NCBI GenBank assembly: GCA_965603825.1 | Contig: CBFDEM010000008.1 | Location: 186,001-250,000 of the forward strand | Origin: Blepharisma stoltei ATCC 30299 | Lineage: Eukaryota; Protista; Ciliophora | Length of the DNA stretch: 64,000 bases | Direction of reading: 5' to 3' | Notes under the pieces: model-generated | Told to the model about the DNA's origin: nothing | Database searches by the model: none | Seen by the model: the letters and a program-made list of their open reading frames with translations, nothing else | Made by a program: the position numbers and the translations under genes | Shown here: positions 53,754 through 61,920 of the stretch, in pieces | How the letters are laid out: every line of letters starts with the position of its first letter | Numbering within the stretch: position 1 is the first letter of the stretch

Positions 53754-55741
53754 ATGCAAGATGATATACAATGAAATCTTAGACACTGCATGAGCTCTTA
53801 CTAGCTCTCTTTGACAATTTATCGATTTTCCTCCCAGCACTGAGTCTCAGGACATTAATTATAAGCTTAGAGATAAATATTTTATAACAACTAATTACTA
53901 TTATAAGACAAGAACTTTTTATGAAACTTTGCAAAGTATTAGAAGAAAGTAATTGAATAATTTCTTGTGTTGATGAAAAACTAATAAGTATGAGAGTTCA
54001 AGATAAACTTCTTTGTGCTGGAGATGAAATATTAATAATAAAAGGCTCTTCAGAAATAAATATATCAGCAATAGCAAAAGAAGGACTTAATAGCTATTTT
54101 CTTGTAGCAGCGCTCTCATGTGATGGAAGGAGCCTTATCTATTGAAAAGATGGAATATGGAACAACGACTTCGAGAGGCACTTACATGAGAAGAAATGAG
54201 CTCTATTATTTTTATTATTGCAAGGCGAATCAAGCAAGAATACATGAATATCTAAGAATTAAGTATTATCCGGCTAATATTCCGGACATTACCATGTATT
54301 GGAAAATATATGAAAATATAATAGAAGCTGCGAAAGTACATCTGACTACTTCTGCAATAATGGATTGCCAAATAGAGATACCATTAATGAAGAAAATAAA
54401 AATACTTTTGCTGTCGAAAGTAATGAGAAATTGAGGGAAGAAAATGAGAAAAATAAGTTCACCATTGCAAGTTTGGAAGCAAAAATAACAGAATTAGAAG
54501 GAAAATTAAAAAGCTATCAAAAGCTGCCAAGATCAAATAAACGAATTAGAAAAATCTATAGGGTCTTTAAAATATGATAATGATCTGCTTAAAAATGAAA
54601 ATCAAGAGCTTAAACTGAAAGCCAATTTACAATGAAAAAGAAAAAAATGAATATAAACAAATACATAAGACGAACATTGAAGCTATTGACCAATTAAAAC
54701 GAAACCTTAGCGATAAAGAAGATCAAAACAATAAGCTAGAAAAAGACATTAGCATTTCAAATGAAACTCTTACTAATAAAAATATCGAACTTCTATGAAG
54801 CCATGGAAACAAACAAACTATTACAGGAAAAGCTCAAAGACCTTGAAGAAAAAAATAAAATCAGTAACTCACAAGCACTCTACGACCCAGAAAATGAAAT
54901 AATTAAATTGCTTCCAAACAGAAAGCATGGCTTGCCTAACTTTGGAAACACCTGCTATTTAAATTCTCTTTTGCAGATCTTTGCAAGCACTCCTCTTTTA
55001 GCAAGAAAAGTTGAATCTATAAATTCTCCTTTTTGCAATTCTTTGTATCTGCTTTTAGACAGCATGTTTAAAGATAACAGCTTAAAAACAATCAGAAATT
55101 TAACGCAAGATTTCCGTCAAAATTTAATGGCTACCTATTCAAATGTAAAAAATATTTAGATTGAGGCTTATAATCAGCAAGATGCTAAAGAAGTATTTAA
55201 CATGATTTTAAGCAAAATTGAAGAAGATGGGGGGAACCTTGACTTATTCTCTATCGGATTTCATCAGGAATTTATTTGCAAGACCATGCTTAAGCATCGA
55301 TCTGAGTATCATGATATCCAAATATTTCTAATAATTCCTCCCTGCCATAAGGATTCGGTTGAAAATTATCTTTATTACTTAGGCACTTATTATAATTCAA
55401 CGCAAAAGTTAATTTGTAGCGAATGCAAAAGAGAAGTTAATACAAGCATTCAACTGAAAAAGGTTGATTGGCCAGACTATCTGATACTTTATTTTCCCAC
55501 TCCTCCTGATAGAATCACAGATAGTATTAGAATTAATTATGAAATTATATATGAAATGTATGGAGCTATTTGTTATTATCAAGATGAAGGCTCTTTTCAT
55601 TATACAGCATTTACAAGAGATGAAAATGAATGGAATGAATACAATGATGAGCATGTTGAAACAAAAAAAATAGATCCTCACGTTATAAACTTGGCATTTT
55701 ACTGCAGAAAAACATATTCACGACCAATTTATAGTCGTTAA
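53754..55741 (+). pseudogene. USP-I: paralog of USP-H with multiply frameshifted 5' half and intact USP domain; intron 55145-55159
   Basis: GLPNFGNTCYLNS, YNQQDAKEVF, SFHYTAF, WNEYND; 53754-54760 matches USP-H only in broken frames. Confidence 0.72.
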
Positions 55742-56014
55742 AATAATCTTAATTCTGAATAAAAATTATTTTAATTCATATCTGGATGCAAATTCGTAAT
55801 TGAGAATTTCCGTTTATAAATTGGTTAAAGTGGTAATTTTATATATAATTCAGAAATTTATTAAATATATAGGTAAAGGCTTAGTTAAAACCTATAAATA
55901 GCAATCTTAGCTAGAGTTAATATAAAAAAGTGCAAAAATTTTCAAAAATAAATCCTTTTATTTTATTTTCTCACGCCAAATTCTTATTATGTAAATAATA
56001 TAATATACAAAAAA

Positions 56015-57480
56015 TGATCAGTTCATTTTTATTTTGCATTTTTCACAATATAATTGATTATCGCCAAAAAATCCTATGGCTTTTTTAATTCTGCTAAAAA
56101 TTCTTGTATAGAGTAGAATTTTTTACTGGGAATTGTAATAAAAAGGTTTGCTTCAGGTACTTTTGCAATGTGATTACAAACATGACAATTCAAAGTTTGC
56201 TGATATAAGGTTGTAAATAAAGGATCTACATAAGTTAAATCTGATAATTTTCCTATGAGGATGACCATTAATTCTTTAGAGTCCTGCTGAGTAAAATTTC
56301 CAAGCTATATAAAGATTACCCAAGGGAATTCTGCATCAAGTTGATATTTAAAAGAACTTACAAGCTTTTGAGTATCATTAGACCTAGGATTTCTAATACT
56401 CAATAATAGAGACGATAAAGTAGAAAATAATCCATATTCCAAAGTCTGGATTTTTTCATAAAATTCATTATTGCTTGCAAGTACTTGGAGGAGGGAATTA
56501 AGATAGCATGTATTTCCTATATTAGGATCTGATTTTTTCTTGTCAAAAATTAATGGATAGTTTATAACTGGGGGTGGTCTTATTGGTTCAATTTTTTCTA
56601 TTATAAATTTGATCTGAGATTGAAGATTTTGGTTATCTTGCATTAAGATTTGGATTTCTTGCTTTAGATTTTGAATTTTAGTCTTGTGCTTTTTAGATTT
56701 TGCCTGTAGAATTGCATTATCTGCCTGTATAGTTGCATTATATGCTTCTGAAGATTGATATTTATCTATTATCTTATATTCGTTTAATAATTTATCTTTT
56801 TCTTCTGCTTTTATAGATACAGATAGAGGCACTGAAATTGGCTTTAATCACTTTTTTGTACCTATTATTGCTTTAAAAGAAAACTTTTCGTTATCATCCT
56901 TTTCATTATCAAGGTCATTGATTTTTGTATAAACATAAATCGTTACTTCGCTGGGAATTAGTTTTTTTTTACCGTTTGGGTTTTCACTGAGATTTTTTCA
57001 TTTATCTTCAAATTTGCAATACAACTTTCTCTGTCCATTGTAGGTTAAAACTGCTGTTAATAAATAAACGATTCTATTGCCTTCAAAATAAGGAAATGGT
57101 TTTTCCTTGCTTAATCTTTTGAATGTTTTTTCTTCAGAATTATTTGTTCAAAAAATGATTTTTCTTCGTCTTTTTGAGGAAGATACTTTATGCTGAGAGA
57201 TCTATATTGGTCTCTTTCGAAGTATTCTAGAATATATTGGTTAGAAATATCCTCAAAAATTTTTGTCATTAAAAATTCATTGGTAAATGACAAAAAATCT
57301 TGATTTGATTCATAATTTCTTAAGAAAGTGCCTATTTCTGAATGTGGATCTATGCCTTGACAAGCCTTATTGCACAAAAGGATATTGATAATTGCCTTCT
57401 CAGCTAATGAAAGGGGATTTCCTTCCTTAATCGTAGATTTATTATAAATTTGGGCTATTTTTAGATTCCATAAATTATAA
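56015..57480 (-). pseudogene. USP-J: frameshifted USP lacking the His box; intron 56305-56319
   Basis: PNIGNTCYLNS; FPW|LGNFTQQDSKEL after splicing; homology ends after GDNQLYCEKC near 56030. Confidence 0.7.
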
Positions 57481-57603
57481 AGGTATAGAAATATGAAATT
57501 TATATTTCTAAGGCAACTTATCAATTGTTCAGACTTATTACAATGATGAGTTCAAAAATTTATTCACAAATTCCATTATTTTAATTTTAAACATAAATTT
57601 ATC

Positions 57604-57852
57604 TTAAAACCCTCCCTTCATCTGCTGTAGCACACGAATAACGCAGTTATTAGTAAATCTTAATTGTTCCAAAGTAGCAGTTCCTTGAGTGACTACACTC
57701 AAATACTTATTCCCAAAAATCACACTTAATTCACCACCTCCAAACATTTGCGCAAATTGGTTGTGAAGCTGAGCATAAGTCCACGAGCTGTTTACTTGTA
57801 TTGTGCGCTGCTGGCCGTTCATATCTTCTACTCTTATTGTCAAGTTCGACAT
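57604..57852 (-). CDS. Divergent ubiquitin-like protein, 82 aa, C-terminus LQQMKGG-F
   Basis: Ubiquitin-like size and pattern: LTIRVEDMNGQQRTIQV (cf. MQIFVKTLTGKTITLEV), LSVIFGNKYL (cf. QRLIFAGKQL), TLEQL, VIRVL..GG. Clean ORF, more GC-rich than its flanks. Confidence 0.8.
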   Translation of the reverse strand: MSNLTIRVEDMNGQQRTIQVNSSWTYAQLHNQFAQMFGGGELSVIFGNKYLSVVTQGTATLEQLRFTNNCVIRVLQQMKGGF

Positions 57853-57994
57853 TTTATAATTATAAGAAACTGAGATTTGTGAAAATAATTGTAGAATCTT
57901 AATGAAATAAGTACTTTTATAAAGTAAATAAGGAAAAGATAATTATTAAAATGAGAAAACTGCAAATAAGGGCAGCAGTAGAATTATTAAAGAA

Positions 57995-58160
57995 TTAGAA
58001 CTATATGGATTAATATCTAGTATGCAAATTCGTGATGGGCATTATTTGGAATAAGCACGGAATACTAAAAATTGGACTGAGTATAGTCATAAAGGTGTAG
58101 TAAATCTAGTGGCGGCAGAATTGATATAGCAAATGGATATTTTGCCTTTTATATAAGAGC
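57995..58160 (+). pseudogene. USP C-terminal (His box) relic
   Basis: ELYGLISSMQIRDGHYL*..NWTEYS..GYFAFYIR in broken frames. Confidence 0.6.
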
Positions 58161-58331
58161 AGGGGATCGCAATAAGGATAATGATTATTAAAGAAAAACA
58201 ATTTCACAAATATTAATTTTATCTAAGGAGTTATAAATTGAAAAGTAATCCAGAAGATATGCAGAGATAAATTTTATAAATTAATCTAGCTATATCATTT
58301 ATTTTATTTAGGATTCTATAATAATATTAAT

Positions 58332-59795
58332 ATGGTTTTTGGACTCTTAAGAGTTGTAAGCGGTAGGCTCTTGAAAGGTCCAGCTGATAACATCTTGAAA
58401 CTTGCATACTTCTCTTTGTGATTCTCGCTCACTATAGCCTTAATTGTTTATAAAAAAGCATTTCCAAATTCTAAAAATATAAAACAAAGACAGCAGGACA
58501 AAGAAAAATCAATAACATCCAGAATTGTTGATGTATCAAAAAACAATAAATTCTTTGAGGTCTTCAATTTATATCAGATAACCACGTGCGCAAAAATCGC
58601 TGAAAATCTTAAAAACGAATCAATAAACAGATTTGAAATCACTTCTTTTTCCCCCATTCTACTGGGAAAGCCTGGAACTAATGCCATAGTAAGGGCAGAA
58701 AATAGAAATTGATATGATAAAATAAAAAATGATAAAATTCCAGTCTTTATTGGATGGGAAGTTGAAAAGGAAGCATTAGATTGTTTTAAAACTCAAATTT
58801 TATTACGAAATAAGCCAGGAATAATTATTCTATTTTATAAAAACAATGAAGCTGCCATTAAAGAAGAACAAAATTTACTATGGATTACGTCAAATTTAGA
58901 TTCTGAGTGCAATGATATTGAAATCGAATTCAATAAAATTATTGAAATAGCAATTAATTGGGCAGAAAGTAGGAATTACCAATTGGAGCAAAAATTACTC
59001 CAAGGATTGCCTAATATTGGAAATACTTGCTATATGAATTCGTTAATCCAAGTATTCTCAATTATGCCTGAACTTTATGAAATCATTAGCTCCATAAATT
59101 TGCCTCTATTTCAGCCTCTCAAAAATATACTCTTAGCATTGAAAATGAGAAATGATAATTTTAATTACAGATATTACCTGGAAAAATTTCAAACCCAAAT
59201 TATCGAAAACTTTCATATGGTAGGTATCATTTATTTAGTTTACAGCCCATAGTCAGCATGATACTAAAGAGCTATTTAATGTTTTTATAGATTATATAAT
59301 ATCAAAATTTAGAGAGCACCAAGATAAATTTACAATTTTTATCACTAAAAAATTTTATTGTAAAGAAGGCCATCATCATCTTGCAGAGAAAAAGGAAAGT
59401 CAGCTGTTTTTAATCATCCCTAAAAATTATCTTGCAGATATTGATAGTTATGTAAAAAGGAATCATTATTTTAATAATGAAAATCAAATTTGGTGCGAAA
59501 TTTGTGGGAAATGAGAGATATGCAATTAAAAGTTGAAAATGTGGACTATCCTTTGAATCTGACTATTTATGTTCCTGGAAATGGATCGATTGGGAAGCTG
59601 GATCATCAAATTAAACTGAATATTGACAATTATAGATTATATGCAATTATTTGTCACGCAGGAAGTAATTTATTTGGTCACTATTGGGCATATTTACTTA
59701 TAGATGGCAAATGAATTGAATGTAATGACAGCATTGTACGTGAAAGCCCACCCAATTTATCAAACTGCTATATGCTCTTTTATTCTAAGAATTAA
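58332..59795 (+). CDS. USP-K: USP with N-terminal hydrophobic segment; aberrant intron 59220-59238; frameshift near 59510
   Basis: LAYFSL[W]FSLTIALIVYKK; GLPNIGNTCYMNS; SQHDTKELF; FGHYWAY; K[W]IECND; YMLFYSKN-TAA. Confidence 0.7.
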
Positions 59796-59854
59796 TTAAG
59801 CCTCACAATTAGCTTTTATTTAAAATTTAAAGTTTTATTAATATATCTTATGAC

Positions 59855-61451
59855 CTATGAGCTTATAAAAAACGCAAGATAGCACGAACTGAAATCTGGC
59901 TGCCAAATCTTCGAGTTATTATCTAAATATTCTCTCCATGCACATCCATCTTTTGTATATGCGACATATTTCTTCACGTTTTCTATCTGATAAAGACATT
60001 TGATTGCTCCATATATTTCATATTTTGATTCCATATAATTAAATTCTTCAGGAAGAATATATTGATTTTCCATTGGCAATTTTAATATTAAAAATGATCC
60101 CGCTTCAATGTGTTCTACTGTTCTGCTCACCAATTTAGTTTGATTGCAAATACTGCAAAATTCTTCACATCAAATAGTTGTTTTTATATTTTGATCAATT
60201 TCTTCGTGAATTGGTTTATTTGTAAAATTCATAAACTCAATTACATTTATATAGTCATTTTTTATATTTTCATGCCCAACTCCACAATTAACTCTTGTCG
60301 TTAATATAGTTGAAAATAATTTTTGATTTGGACAATATTCATGCAGCTTATTTATAAGTCAGTTGATCACATTTTTAGGGTCTTTTTCAAAATTAGCCTA
60401 TATAAAATTTACATAATAAGAGTTCTGTGCTAAAGTTATGCTAAAATCCGATAGTAAATTATCAACGAAGTTTTGGAAATTTGACCTTTTCATAGCATTA
60501 AATAAAATATTTAAGCTCAGTAGCGTTGGGTCCATTGGACTTTTTGATAATTCAACAAATAAAGATGAGCTAGCAAGAATCTGCAATGCTGAGGTGAGGT
60601 AGGAATTATCATTTATATCAGAAAATCCATGTTTTTGGCCAGGGAGAAGAAAAATCATTGAGGTAAATAAATCACCATTTCCTACTGTTCGGTAAGCTTG
60701 GCTTGAGCTGAGATGCTGATTTTCAGCTTGAAAGGTATGATAATTCCCTGGCTCATAATAAGCACTTCTTGATAAATTTAAATTACTTAGAACAGGCTCC
60801 TTATCTATGCTTACTTGGCTTGAATTTTCAATAAGTTGACTGAGTCTTTTTACTTCATTTTTCAAATCAGCCACGTCTATTTCTAAGCTTTTTATTTTCG
60901 CTGCAGTATTTTCTCTATTAATTTCTATTGTCCTCTCATTTCCTGGATTTTGCCCGCCCAGCACACAGCTATTGGCAATATCCCCATAATTAATAAACTC
61001 ACTTATAAAACTTTCTAGCTGTGATTGGACGTCATTAGGATCATTAAGCAGTAGGATTTTTAGCAATGGGTCTTCCTCATTTGTCCTTATTTCTTTCGTT
61101 GTCAAAATTTTTCTTATATATTTGTCAATTATTCTGATTCCTAATTCTAGCGAATTTAACCCATTTTTATTGATTTCTTCAAGGTTTTTCATATTTGTAG
61201 AAACATATGAGATAAGTTGTGATTTAATATTGTTTATTTTTGATTTTTCTTCTTGAAAAGATCGCAAAATGCTTATCTGGGCTGGGCTTGACAGGCTCAC
61301 GATATAGGTATTCAAACCTGTGAGTTAAAGGGCTAGAATTGGAATGGGATTTTTTATGTCGTTTGCAAAAAACTAACTTTTCAGCCTGGCAGTCGCAAAT
61401 GTATTTAGGCTTTTCGTGGCATGATGGGATGCTACAAATATTGTAGTTCAT
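59855..61451 (-). CDS. USP-L: Zn-motif + coiled coil + dead USP domain; frameshift near 61285; intron 60398-60412
   Basis: CSIPSCHEKPKYICDCQAEKLVFCKRHKKSH; Cys box GFSDINDNSYLTSALQIL (C>S); His box VKKYVAYT (H>K); CYLAFF. Confidence 0.7.
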
Positions 61452-61686
61452 AATTAAAGTTTATTAAGAAATTTTAGTTTTTACCTTAAGCTCTGCTATA
61501 AAAAGGGAAAGCGAATATTGTTGACATTTATGATGGCAGTAACATTAGACCTCACCAGTTTAACTTGAAATAAAAATCATTAACTGCACACTCTTATTTA
61601 GTGGCTTAATGGATATCATTTAATGCTCTTGTGTATTAACTATATAGCAGATTTTGAATAAAATTTAGCTAGCATTATAATAATTA

Positions 61687-61920
61687 ATGGAGCTTATGCA
61701 ATGTTTTGAGCGTGGGTGCAAGAACGAGGTTGTATACTTGTGCCCATGCACCTCTCCTGAAACTCTATCCTGCGTACAGCATATTGGGGAGCATGTGATT
61801 CTTCCTAATATAGCTCATGTTCCCAACTTGATTTTTGTAGAGCCATGCAAAGTGACAAAAGAAGAAATTCTTAAGTTTCTTAAAAGAAAAAACTCAAAAA
61901 ATAGCAAGCTGAAGGTGTAG
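61687..61920 (+). CDS. 5' end of another Zn-motif family gene, cut by telomere addition
   Basis: MELMQCFERGCKNEVVYLCPCTSPETLSCVQHIGEH matches the starts of the 16033, 19774 and 22413 genes; the frame runs into telomere sequence. Confidence 0.8.
   Translation: MELMQCFERGCKNEVVYLCPCTSPETLSCVQHIGEHVILPNIAHVPNLIFVEPCKVTKEEILKFLKRKNSKNSKLKV

Noticed and set aside
500-60200. TGA as selenocysteine, or mass pseudogenisation
   Set aside because: TGA aligns with Trp in paralogs and occurs in nearly all genes, including the conserved helicase.
31168-61451. Viral or endosymbiont origin of the USP array
   Set aside because: The genes use the host UGA=Trp code and 15-nt introns; no viral or bacterial hallmark genes are seen.
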